Assembly (NCBI GenBank): GCA_964035545.1
Contig: OZ037767.1
Location: 4,046,707 to 4,110,706 of the forward strand
Direction of reading: 5' to 3'
Length of the DNA: 64,000 bases
From: Bugula neritina
Lineage: Eukaryota; Animalia; Bryozoa
Within the stretch, counting starts at the first letter, position 1, and every line of letters starts with the position of its first letter. Below the pieces are notes generated by a model, which was not told the origin of the DNA, searched no databases, and worked only from the letters and a program-made list of their open reading frames with translations. This document shows, one piece after another, positions 18,030 through 31,600 of the stretch. A program made the translations under genes and the position numbers.

Positions 18030-21000
18030 GACTTTTGAACATAGCATTGTCCATGTAGAAAAACAGAAATATAATTATTATGTTTACTAAAAGAATATAC
18101 TATATAAATAATATAACAATCTCGGTTATAAAATGTATAAATTGCACTATAAAGTTTAGCTTGGAGAGAAATGGTTAACATTATGCAGCATTTACTATAT
18201 AGTAGACAAAATGAACTCAGTATAATCGGCACCTGTTAGTGTAGAAATCTTTAGCTGACAAAGTTTGAATATCCTTGGAACTGTAACAAGTAGTGGTTTA
18301 CAAAGTCGTACAAAGCTTCAAACTCTTTCTGAAAGCATACAAATAAATTGAATTGAGCAAATATCAGAAACAATAACGCCCATAGTATCAAATGTAATTC
18401 AGATTTTTCATCACATTTAAGTTATGCAATTCATTAGAAAAATGTATGGATTAAAATGCTTCAATAGTAAAGTGATAAAGCTAACAGATGTGAGATGTCT
18501 TAGTAAGAACTAAACATGAATGCATTAAAAAACATGATGGTGAAGTTTCTAGTTGCAAAGTCTTCGAATCATTCATCAATATTACATACTTTGATTGCAA
18601 ACTATTAAACAACTATGTTTACAGAAATTTTATTGTCACCATTGATCGAGTTTTTAAGATACTAACCACGGTTCTGTAAAACCGAAATGCTTACATGAGG
18701 AAATAATTCTAAATTTAACAAAACATGAGTTTTATTGGAAGGATAACCCATCATTTAAATACCTCATTAAAACTGTTAAATTTTCTTACTCTCAACTCAA
18801 TAACTTTATTGGCTGATCAAAGTATGATCAAACATCATAACAACAATTAATTCAGAACTTTTATAGTGTCTTTGAATGTTGTCAGCTGTTTTGTGTAAAT
18901 AACTCATGTATCTAAAAGGTTTACTAGTTACAGTCATCTGTATATCTAAACAAAATAATATTAAATAAAACTTAAACCTCTTCTACTTAGATGAGCTTTG
19001 AATTTATTGAAATCTGTACTTTAACTTTAGTCTACACCTCAACACATACCAGACTAGATATGAACTGTCTCTTCCCCTCTCTGGCTAGTTTCACTTCCAG
19101 TACTATGTCAATATCATGTTCTATTCGCGTCCTCAGATACAAGTTCATTGCTACGATGAATATTCCACTCACTCTGCTACCATTTCTAAAAACATATTCA
19201 AAGGGATGAGAATCAAACAGAGATAAACAGATGTCAAAATCTACAGCTTATGTCTTGGTTTTGCTACTGCAGCAAAATTAAAATTGTGTTTCTACACATG
19301 AACAACATAATTCTAATATCATAAACAAAAACAAAATGTTTAAATTTTCTTATTCTAACCAAAAAGTTCGGAGTTTGATGCATTTCTTTCAAAATACATG
19401 TCTTAAAATCAAAAGTGTTGTCACTAATAATAAAACGTTAATAAATTATAGATTAAAGACGCATGTGTTTTATAATTCAATATTCAGTCAAGTAACACAC
19501 CTGCACTGCACTGTCACTATGCTGCCTTCTGATGCAGCAAACTTCTCTGCTTTCTGACAGGCTATGACTAGTTGCTGACTAGTTGGGAGTTGCTGCCCCT
19601 TCAATTTCACCTCTGATAATGCTACTTGGTGCTTTTGCTGGAAGAAATGAAACAAATAGGTTAACAAACAAATATTATTTATAACAGTTCAATAAAAAAT
19701 CATTAGGCCTACATATTCATTATAAAGATGTGTTGCAGACAATACAGGACAATGTCACTGGAAGCTAATGATATCTTTTGGGCCTTGGCAACCAACTATA
19801 ACACAGTTCTTGTAGTTAAAGCATATTATCTTTTTTTTTATATAGGCTATGGGTAAATTGTTGCTCATTGCAATGGTTAGTTATATATATCTTCCAATTA
19901 TGGTTAAAATTATCTAAACATTAATTTTTGTGTTTTCATCATTTTATAAAATCTCAATGTATAGCCTTATGCCAAAGGTAAACAAAACTATAATGTTTTT
20001 ATTTTTCAAATGCCACATTGCATAAACCTTGTAAATTAAGACCAGTAAATCACCTAATATATTATATACCAGGTAGAATAGAATAGTCTTTATGGCACAT
20101 ATCTGAGCTACGAGATGCAGCGGGCGTGGCTAACTATAAACCCACCCCTGTGAAGGGGTTTTAATAGCACACATTGACTGTCTGATATTTTCCCCAACTA
20201 CCAATGCTAGTTTTCCTAGAGCTTTACTTGATACTTATGTGTTGAAGCTAAAGTACAACTTAAAAAGATGACAGAACAATAAAATATATTTCATTTTTGC
20301 ACAAAACCCTACACTAAGTATTATACTTAAAGAGGCGTCAAGCTACACAAATAACGATTTGATTTGAATTTGAGAGACTTGTACCTCTGTTCCTGAGACT
20401 TGAACCTCTAAAGTAGTTTCTGTGATGGCCTCAGCATACCCCCGAGTTTTAATATTGATAATAGAAATGTCACTCACAGTGATAACTCCGCCTACTTCAG
20501 TCGGCCAATAAGGAGCTTCTTCCTGTATGCAGAGTATTTGGGAAATTTTTGGGTTGACAATTATTTTAGAGTTTTGCAATGGTTTAGTTTAATTTATTTT
20601 AATACAAGCAAACACCACAAGAAAACATCAATTATTTTATCATTTTATTATGTAATATATCAATATGGTATATTATTATATTATACTACATCATATCATA
20701 GAATATATTTTATTGTGTTATTTTATTTTTATGTAATATAATACATTATATTTCATATTATATTTTATTATATTACATTATAAAAGCTTGTCTATAGTAA
20801 ATAATAAACATTTAAACATTTAAGTAAATTTATACATTTTTCCACCACTCAATGGCTAGCTTGTATCTATAAAACATTTTGTAATTGTTCATATTTTATT
20901 GATCAAACTCATAAAGTTGTGTTGCTTTTAATTAACTGCAACCAGTTTGTGTGACTCATACACTCACTCACCTCACAGTCATTGAAGTAAACAATAAGAG

Positions 21001-24000
21001 GTGATTCTTGTTCAATAATCATCTTCCAGTAGTTGGAAGTGGTGGATGGTAGAGGGGTTTGGGTTACCACAAATCCGTCCTTGTGTTGATAACCCTAACA
21101 AAACAATACCATAATTTATGTAAAGCATCATTATTTAAATAAAAAAGTAAATTATATATTACAGCTCATCAACAAGTTGATGGTTTAAAAAGCCTGATTG
21201 TTTTAATGGTTTAATAAAAATACCCAGATGACTAGAAAGTATTTGTCATTAAAGTGAAAATTCTAGATAATTATGCAAAACCTACTACCCTTTAATAAAT
21301 ATTTTCTTATGTCGCTACAAGGCATATTTTAGATACAAAAAAGTATGCTCATTCGAGTTTTGATTTGTCTCCCCTCAGCTATTGCATGTACATGATATAA
21401 AATATGGTAGATTACATTATGCACTACAAGCATATGTTGGATACTACAAAGTGGAGTGTAATAAGAGTGGAGGGGGAGTGTAATAAGAGTGGTGGAGTGG
21501 ATAAAAGTGGAGGGGGAGTGGATAAGAGTGCTGTAATGATGCAACAAAATACTTTTATTATTTGTAAAATGGCAGCTAAAATGCAGCCATTCAGTTTATT
21601 GATGATAATTATTTATAAATAGAGTTGATACCACGACTTTTTCACAAAATTTATGATGAGGAAGTAGTTCATGGTGAAGTTGGTCTGTATTAAGTTATTT
21701 TGCCAGATTCTTGGTTAGCCTAAGCTCTTTTAGATAAAAGAATCATTGCAAGGCGGCCCATACAACTACACTCAAATTATGAGTAAAGTCATAAAACTCT
21801 AAAGCTAAAATATAAACCCATAGCATCTGGTTTTAACATAAGTTGGATAGGATTTCAAGGAAACATAATGTATAATATTCACCACAATGTGATTAACACA
21901 GTTTAAGTTGAAATCTAATCAGATTCAATGGTTAGTAGAGACAGCTCATTGTAACAGTTTGCTGTTGTTTGTTTCCAAGTCTAAATTTCAATATTCCATG
22001 CATTGTTAAAACACATTATTACAAAGTTGAATATTTTTCTAATATCTTAGAATTTCCAATTTCGGTTTAAAGCTAGTCTAAACATTTTATTCATCAAAGT
22101 TAAGTTGATTCCAGAGAAAGATATAAACTCACATTACAGTATACAGCATTGATGTAGTCTGTATAACCCTTTTCTGGACGTTGGATGATAACTCGGTTTC
22201 TGTCGGCTAAAATTAAAAAAGTCAACAAAATCAGACAGCTGCATAAAAACTGTATTGTATTATAAACACTAGTTAAATGCATGCAACGATAAAATATTAT
22301 GGAAAAAATACTTTTATCACTGATAAGACTTAATATAGATGCACTGCTGATCAATGCTATATTCAACAAAGAGGAAGTCACGAGGGAATAAACATTCTCA
22401 CCCAATCACTATCAGACGTTGCAACCAGAAACATATTATATAACCAGTAGCAGATAGAGACTGTGTTTAGAATGCAGTTAAGGTATTTCTGTATATATTA
22501 AAACTACAACACACCAGCTTCAAAACTTTATATTCTATTTATAGTAGTATAATTTGCAAAATTTAGTGATAGCTTATGTTTTCTCAAAATATAAATTAAA
22601 GCTAAAAGGATAAAAGAAAAAAGTTAGCCAATTTGAACCAACAACTGAAAACATAAAAACTTTTTAAAAGGGCATGTAGTCTATATCTTCTACTACTGTG
22701 ACACTATTTGAGACAAAATCTGAAGTGACATAACTTACAAGGCAGCACTTTCAGATCTCTGTTCAGACTAACATTTTCTGGTTGTTCAGCTGCAGACGTA
22801 TTCTTGGGGGTAACTTTTAGAGCTTTGTTCAATTTTTCAAACTGATTGGAGATTTCAGTTTTTGAGTTTTTACCATTTGGCTAAAATAGAGTCACAGCCA
22901 TAGTACAGCTTCAAATATGCCAGCATGACATCAAGTGCTAATTGATGAGAAATACAGGTTCAGTGTACTACATTGCACATTATAAATCTGGCAGATAATT
23001 CTGCACATTATATCAAACATAAACCCAGCCCTGTTGTATATGTGAGCCCAGCCCAGCAATAAATGTGACTTCCTCCTTCAAAGTTTAGTAACAGTTTAGT
23101 TATATTTATGTGACTGAATATTCATTTGATCCAAGAGTAGACTGAACACTGCAATGAACTCACAACTCTCCATTGACGTATCTGTTGACTGAAATTGCCA
23201 GCTGGAACGACGGTATCACCACAAGACAGAGCCTCTGACACCATGTCATACAGGAATGCGTACTGATCCTAAAATAAGAAACATATAGCAGGCAATCAAA
23301 TATTTGTACCGCTATTGATTAAAAAATACATTACGACAAATATATTTTCAGGAATAAATTAGTGATGTGTAGTATAATGCTGTGTAACCCAAAACCATAT
23401 GCATTGTTACTAACTTTCCAATAACATAGAGTCAAAAAGATATTATAGTAGTCGTTTTACTAAAGTATTAGCGAGGATTGCAACAAACCAAAGATATTAT
23501 ATATATATATCTGTGTAAAATGTTGAGTTCAACAACTTCCTTAATGCTAATTCAGAAGTCAAGCTTCAGCACACCTCAGAGTATTAGATGAGGTGATACT
23601 CACAGCAGTTTGTACCATGAGAGTTCTTTGGTGTCGGAGTCTGTTTACACAAGCAAACACATCTACTGTCTTGTGGTGATTTCTCTTGTCATGAGCCTCG
23701 TCAATGAGACTCTCCAGAGCAATGTATGTTCCTGTCCTGCCAACCCCAGCACTGTGAAATAGTATACAGTATTTGCATTGGTCAAACTGATGCCTGGATA
23801 CCTGTTGCTTTATTTTAGAGCTCAATGTTATAATTACTAATTTTCCAAGGAACAATTAACCATAAAACATAATTTGAAAAAAGGCTCATTCAAAGCAGTA
23901 AATGCTAGTCGTAATTATTATAAAAATGCATTAATAAATCAACTTTATGGATATTGCTGATTTAGAGCATTTTAAAAAATATTTTGATACTTCAGAATAA

Positions 24001-24480
24001 ATAAAATATTGTTAGACTACCTGCAGTGTACTATAATGGGGGTGGTACTGGAACCGTAGTGTTGTCTAACTCTGGATCTAAAGCTAATCAGGCCAGCAGA
24101 AGATGGAATGTCATGATCATACCACTTTGTGTAATGGAAAAGGGTGGTTTGTCTCTTTATCTGTATGATAAAACATCACCCAATATATTAGCTAACAAAT
24201 ATGAAATAATGATGTTTTGTTATATATCTGTAAGAACTGTGTACAGATGTGCACCAAGTGCAGCAATACATTCTAAATATGGTGCCATGCTCCAAGATGG
24301 CAGCTGCAACAAAATAGTGCCATGTTGCAAGATGGCGGGTACTAAAAAGCATTTCTGAATAAAATATCAAGTTGAAAAGGTCGAAACAAAATTTTATAGC
24401 TTCTTTAACTAATTTCTTGACTAAATTATTTTAGTAAAAGTAGTAATGAAAGTGTCTTGTTCATTATAGTGCATTAGTAA
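18030..24480 (-). repeat. Inverted segmental duplicate of positions ~1-6590 (exons, introns and 3' UTR)
   Basis: Identical exon lengths and colinear intron blocks, e.g. 2610-2945 vs 21630-21990 and 5420-5800 vs 18850-19215. Confidence 0.93.
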
Positions 24481-27400
24481 CAGCACTCAATGACTCCGCA
24501 TGTTTATATTAGATAATATGCGTTGTGCACAGTATGTTACTTACATTGTCTACAGTATATTATTTACATTGTCTACAGTCTATTACTTACACTGTCTACA
24601 GTATATTGCTTACACTGTCCACAGTATATTACTTACATTGTTCACAGTATATTACTTACATTGTCTACAGTATATTACTTACATTGTCTACAGTCTATTA
24701 CTTACACTGTCTACAGTATATTGTTTACACTGTCCACAGTATATTACTTACATTGTTCACAGTATATTACTTACATTGTCTACAGTATATTACTTACATT
24801 GTCTACAGTATATTACTTACATTGTCTACAGTATATTACTTACATTGTCTACAGTATATTACTTACACTGTCTACGGTATATTACTTACATTGTTTACAG
24901 TATATTACTTACATTGCTTACAATATTTATTCCTTACATTGTCTACAGTATAGTACTCACATTGTCTACAGTATATTACTTATATTGTCTACAGTATATT
25001 ACTTACACTGTCTACGGTATATTACTTACACTGCCTACAGTATATTACTTACACTGTCTACGGTATATTACTTACATTGTTTACAGTATATTACTTACAT
25101 TGCTTACAATATTTATTCCTTACATTGTCTACAGTATATTACTCACATTGTCTACAGTATATTACTTATACTGTCTACAGTATATTACTTACATTGTCTA
25201 CAGTATATTACTTACACTGTCTAAAGTATAGTACTTACACTGTCCACAGTATAGGAAAGTTTTCTCACAATATACAAGGCGTATACTTGCCCCTCCAGTA
25301 AAGTCACAGTGTAATCTTCAAATTTTATTGACTCCGATACTTTGGAGGGCCAATATTGCCAGCACTTCTTCTGCAAGAATTACCATTAAATTAACTTTTA
25401 TCAGCTGTCTAACTTATGTTTAGTCAGTCACATAATTTCTAGTTAAATAGTTGTCTTGCTTTATACTAAGTATGTATTTCATCTGGAATTAAAATAACTC
25501 AAAGTTGCTTGAAAATAATTTTAAAGCAATATTTAGTCACTAAAATATACCGACCTTTGTACCCTTTGTATTTGGCAGTACAATGAGGAACATGAATAAA
25601 ATGCACTCTGTAGTTGATGGAATTATAACAGAAGGCACGATTTCTATGCTATACACAAACCTTGCCACTCTCTACCAAATTAGTAAGCATTACAACAGTG
25701 TTTGCTCTGGTGTCGTGTATCAGTCTCCACATGTCTACAGCTGTTTCTTCTTTTGGACCTGAACCAACATTACTTGATATACAATATTACACAATAATGT
25801 ATAATATACTTATATATCAAAGCATATAATACTGTATATTATGTTAATATAGTAGAACACATAATGTTATATAAAAATGCATGATGTATGAAATAGTGCA
25901 AACTATAAAATTCATTGTTTAATATGTAATATTTATCATATTATAGTATTATATGTAATGCTATCAAAACATATGAAATTGTTACAATATTCAATAACAT
26001 CCTATGTGTGATACTATGTAAATACAGCATTACATAATTTACAATTGCATATTTCAATATAAAGAATTTATGCTGACAAAACCTGGTAATTGTATGATCC
26101 ATATGGTATATTTCACGCAGTTCATATGCAACATGTCTGTTTTCAGTTATAATTTTTAAAACAATGAACATACATCAACATATGGTCAACAAGTGTGTTG
26201 AATGGTTTAAAGTAGTTATTAAACTGACGTACCTTGAGCTGCTATAAACTTGTAGTAATCAGGCTGGTAGAAATCCTGCAAAAGTGATACATCAGATAAA
26301 AAATACAAAAGGTGATCACTCTTGCTTAAATTACAGCAGGACATGTACATTAATTGAGACATCAAGCAACAGCAACTAAGAATATGTTATAATATGGATA
26401 TATCTGTATGTGTAGCATATAAACAATGTTTTCACATGTTTAAATACAGTCACAGCTATACTCTTATATTAACTATAGCTTGCATCTCGGTCAAGTGTAA
26501 TTACTCTAGTAAAAGAACTCAGCTATACATTTTTAATTATGGTATGCTAATTTTGGAAATAAAACCTTATTTGGGTTATACTGAAATAAAAGGATATGTC
26601 AATATAGATAGGTGATTAAAGTTTTATAGTAGTGAGTATTTATTTAGAATACAACGCTAAAGATGAATATCACTGATCAATCCAAGCACCATGCAAGACA
26701 CACTATACCTGAAGGATTTAAAAATCATATAAAGAATAGTGAGAAAGCAGAACTAAAAGCGAATCACAGTTCACCACTACAGTGTTTTTATTTCATTTAT
26801 TTGCATTTAAGATTTCAAGTTATTTATAGAAACATTAGGTTTTCAGTACTCCTGCACTTACTTTGATATAAGATGCATTAACATAGTCAGATTTGTGTCT
26901 GCTAGTCACTTCTAATCTCACTCTGTTCTCATTAACTGAAAAATATACAAGGAAAGCATCTAATACCTTTCATGAACCATTTACTACAAGGTCTACTAAT
27001 AAGTCATTCCCTTGATACTCCTACTAATTAGTAATTTACTACATGATATACTAATAAGTCATACACTACATGGTTCTATAGCTACTATAGTACAACATAA
27101 ACTTATTTTTATTTTTTAATTCTGCAGGCATGTAGTAATATTATATAAATAAGAAAATATGTTAAGCATCTTCAAGGTGATGCTCATATTACACCTAAAC
27201 TCTTGATATAATTCTGTTCAAATACTGATAGTAGTAATTGCCTTTTCTCTTAAATGTAAATTTCAAGACAAGATAACTTTTAAATATGTTGCAATCATGT
27301 TTATTATATTACCCACAATTCAGTTTTGTTCCTCATTTTTATACATAAACTATAAGGAGTTTTTAAAATTACAACTCTATGTATTTAAATAATTTACACT

Positions 27401-28613
27401 ACTAAGATGACATCAGCCTCCATTTTAACACTTACATGGGGTAATGCTCTTGAACCAATTCTTGAAAATATTCTCTGGTGTTCTGCCTTCATCACTTTTC
27501 AAGTTAGCTGAATCTAATCTCTAACAAAACAGGCAAAGAGAAAAAGCTGAAAATAATTTATATGTAAAACCTAATTAACACAACTCAAAATATTTTGAAT
27601 AATTTCTGCATTTTACAAACATAAATGAATAGAGACTGTAGCTTACATATCTATTAAAGCTGTTTCTATCAAATCTAGTAAAGAAGAGGAATTTTTCTGT
27701 GACTTACCGTGAATTCTTCCTTAAAAGGGCCATCTGGAAATTTCTCCTTTTCATACCGAATCAAATCCTGTAAACTTTCTACTGCAATTCTGGTGCTGTT
27801 TCCATACATGTTTTTATCCAATATGGTGGCTCCATTAGGTGCAGCTGTAGAGGGTTTATTGACAGCAGCTGTAGACTCAGAACATGGAGTGGCTGAGGTA
27901 CCAATAGGAGCGGGTATATTGGAGGCAGCCTTATTTTGTGCTTGATTTTCTAAGGGTTCTAAGCCTGTATCTTCAAGAAGAAAAACATTGACTAGATTTG
28001 AAACTTTCTGATACAAAAGCTTGTTTTATTGTGATTTCTGCCAAAGAAAGTTATGATTTAGAACACATTTAGGTAAAGTAATATTGTCAAACAACTCAAG
28101 GTGCACCATCAACCATAGTATAGTTACAGCATATAAGATAGAAAATATGATTTTCTAATTATTAGCCAATTGCAATAGTATCATTTAATAATTTTTTAAT
28201 ATTATGTTTTCAAAGATTTTTTTTAGAACATTAAAATGCTATTTGACTCGAATGCTTATGCTCTCTTAAATTGCAACACACACAAAATTAAAAGTTGATG
28301 AAAAGATAATTTTGTAAATACAAGAATAAATTATAGATGTGCAAACAATAATAAATAATAAGGCAATAGGAGAGAAGGAATAAACTTATTTGGAATTAAC
28401 TAGAAACTTTTAGAACTGATTTATTGATCTATTGACTGAATGATAGCCTACTCACCAATCTCTTCATATTCCGCTAATTGCTGTGGCGGCTCTTTGTCAG
28501 ATCTGCAGAAACAAGTTAAGTTTTGACAACTATAATTGCCTTCATATTATGTAACATACAATTGATTAGCTTTGCTGTTAGATAATAGTGTCATAAGTTT
28601 TATTGGTACAGGT

Positions 28614-28693
<80 letters not shown>

Positions 28694-31600
28694 TATATAA
28701 TATATATATATAATATATATGTACAGTAAAATTATATATATCAGTTCAACAAAACAAAATCAAAAATATGAACAATTAATAAATTTCATATTTTAATGAG
28801 TAAATTTTGATATTCAAGGTTCAAACTACATATACCTGGATTGTCTTCTCTTGAACACGAATAGAAGGGAAACTATCAAAACAATGAGCACTAGTACTAT
28901 TGCACCAACAGCTCCGCCTATTATTGCAGGAAGTGACCTTGGCATGGTGCTTCCAGTAGCTGCTGTTGTAGGAACCGCAACTATTTATTAAAAAGCAAAC
29001 ATTATCAATCATTTTTATTTTATAAAGCAATAGCTGTAATTCTGCACAGGTGATGTATAGGCATATATATATACATTAATTAGCAATGAATATATTATAA
29101 GCATTAGTAGCACGTTATAAATATATATCACATTTTACTAGTTGAAACTCTCACTTTAAAACAACATCTTATGTTTACAAAACACAAAATGAAAAAGTAA
29201 TGGTTAATAATTGTTTTCAGCAACTAACCTTTAATTTGTTTATTCAGTGAATATTTTAAATTGAGCAAAATTTTGAAACATTGGAGATCTATGCAAAAAC
29301 TAAAGGTCTACTTAGTTGTATTTAGTTCAGCATTTCAGTACTGATTTTTCAGTTTTATCTTGTCAGTATTTTTATCTTCTAGTTAAACTTTTCACTCAAC
29401 CACCAAAAAAATTTTTGCATTCAAAGGTTGGCTATGAAAGACATGCTTAATTGAACTGGAAACACTCAAAGCCAATTATTGTCATCAAATTGAAACTCAT
29501 ACTGAAAGCAGAAATACTGAAAGTGAAGCTCAGAGTGACATAAACTCTTTGTATAGAAATAATAAGAGAATAGCCAAATTCACCATAGACGGCATAGAGG
29601 TCTTTTGTGCTTAGCGCTTTACCATATTAAATATAATATACTTCAATTATTATGGTGTTCACAGTCTCTCAGTAAAATAATCATAATAAGAGCTGCATAA
29701 GAAAATAATTGCAGTAGGAAAAAACAATAGCTACGTTTAGACTACCTGCAGATGTTGTATGTTTTCCCTCCCAGAGTAGAAAATCACCGCCATGAGTGAG
29801 GTTTAAGTAGATTCTCAAGTCATATTCAATGCCTTGTTTTAACTCCACACTGAAACTGGTTTCATTCACAGGCTGATAGTCTGTAGTCTGCTGGTTGTAG
29901 GTTAATTTTAGACTTTCTGCACAGTAATCATCTTCATCCTAAGGAGATACAAGTAAACTGTCAACTCTTATACAAAAAGAGACAACTGATTGTCATTGGG
30001 AAATAAAGTAATAATTCCCTGTAAACTTTTGCTATTTTTGATAAAATTAAGCTTTACTCTTTTATAGGTAATAACTTACAAATGAGGTTAGAAGTTTGAT
30101 GTTTAGTACAACCAGTGACTGAGTGTCTGTCAAGTTGCCTGACTCTGTGAGATTGGCATCATTCACCTCTGTACGACCTTCAAAATGTATATTTATTGTG
30201 TAAATGACAACTATTGGACCTACTATAACAATAAAAATAATTGCGTTTAACTCAATAACACAGTAATCTAGGAAAAATAATGTAAAATAGAGTTGTTTTT
30301 AGTAAATATAAAAATACCATACATTTATTTACCTGCACAAAAGGGTTTGCTAAAATCTGGTTGGTCAATCAGATCTATCAGTGGCTGACCTCTGTAATTC
30401 CGAACTATCTGTACAGCAGCGTAATAAGGTGTAGTCACACTTGGTAGACTGAGTAACACGTGCGTAGAGTGAGAGGGGACTAAGCCCCCACCCTCAGAGC
30501 AGTTGAAAGTCTGTAGCATATCTGTACTTGTAGAGCAGATGATGTTGTACCCAGCTACTACCACAGCATCTTCTGATGTCAGAGGTGGAGGGAGAGTCAG
30601 CCAGATCTGACCGCTGTCTAGTGACTCATTGAGAAACAATGTAGGAGCTGACTCCAGGGATAAATATTCTGTGAAATAAATGGTTTCCATGTTTTAAAAA
30701 AATGTTCACAGATTGATATAAATATTCTGTAATAAGCATTGAAATGAAATTGTTAATATTATGTGACACAAATAAAATTATTTTATTTTTTAACAAAATT
30801 AAAAGCTTTAAAAAAATTTACAGCATTAAACTATCAAATGAGACACGCAGAAAAAGTAAAGTTATTATATTTACAGAAATAAATAAAAATACAAAACCTT
30901 TATGTAAAGTATGTTAAATTACTTGAAACGTAGGCCTTTAAAGCAGGATTCCTGAAAGAAGTTCTTCCATCTGATTTTAATATAAAACTGTTAGCAGCAA
31001 TATCTTGTTCCGTTATTGGGATGTTGTAGCCTCTTTCATTCGTCTGGGCATTTGAGGTTATACTGGATACATAATTCTTGCAGCCATCAATTTTGCTTGA
31101 AAAAATTGAAAGAATGTCTCCAGCTTTCACACGGAAGGTTTCATTATGTACAAACTGGAAGCGAACTCCTCCCTCCTGAGAAGTCTCTTGAGTCAGTTTA
31201 GTCCGAGAGACTATTTGGAACTTGTCTCCTGACATGGGACGCCAAACCCCGACATATGACGTGCAGCGATCATTCACTGCGAAAGGAATCAGATAGTATT
31301 TCCAGCCCACCAGATATCCATCAACTGGTATTGTTTTGTTAGGAAATAGATTAAGGTAACTGCCAACCGTTGATAACTCTTTAATGTTTGCCTGACTGGC
31401 TCCTGCTGATGTGTCTATAACAAACAAACAACAGCTGATGCTAACAAGAATTGAGACAGCCATTTTCTCTTAAAATATCTTTTTTAAATTTTGGAGTACT
31501 TTTTTATTCAATAGAGTCAACTTCAGTAACTTAATAATCATGTTTCATATCTAAACACTGAACTTAATAAAAAAGTTGCATACAGTTAAATTTGAAATAT

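Noticed and set aside
24528-25253. CRISPR array
   Set aside because: Head-to-tail units with no unique spacers, no cas genes, eukaryotic intron.
24500-25301. Long ORFs (243, 233, 142, 74 aa) in the ORF track
   Set aside because: Artefacts of a stop-free 23-bp repeat, antisense to an RPTP intron.
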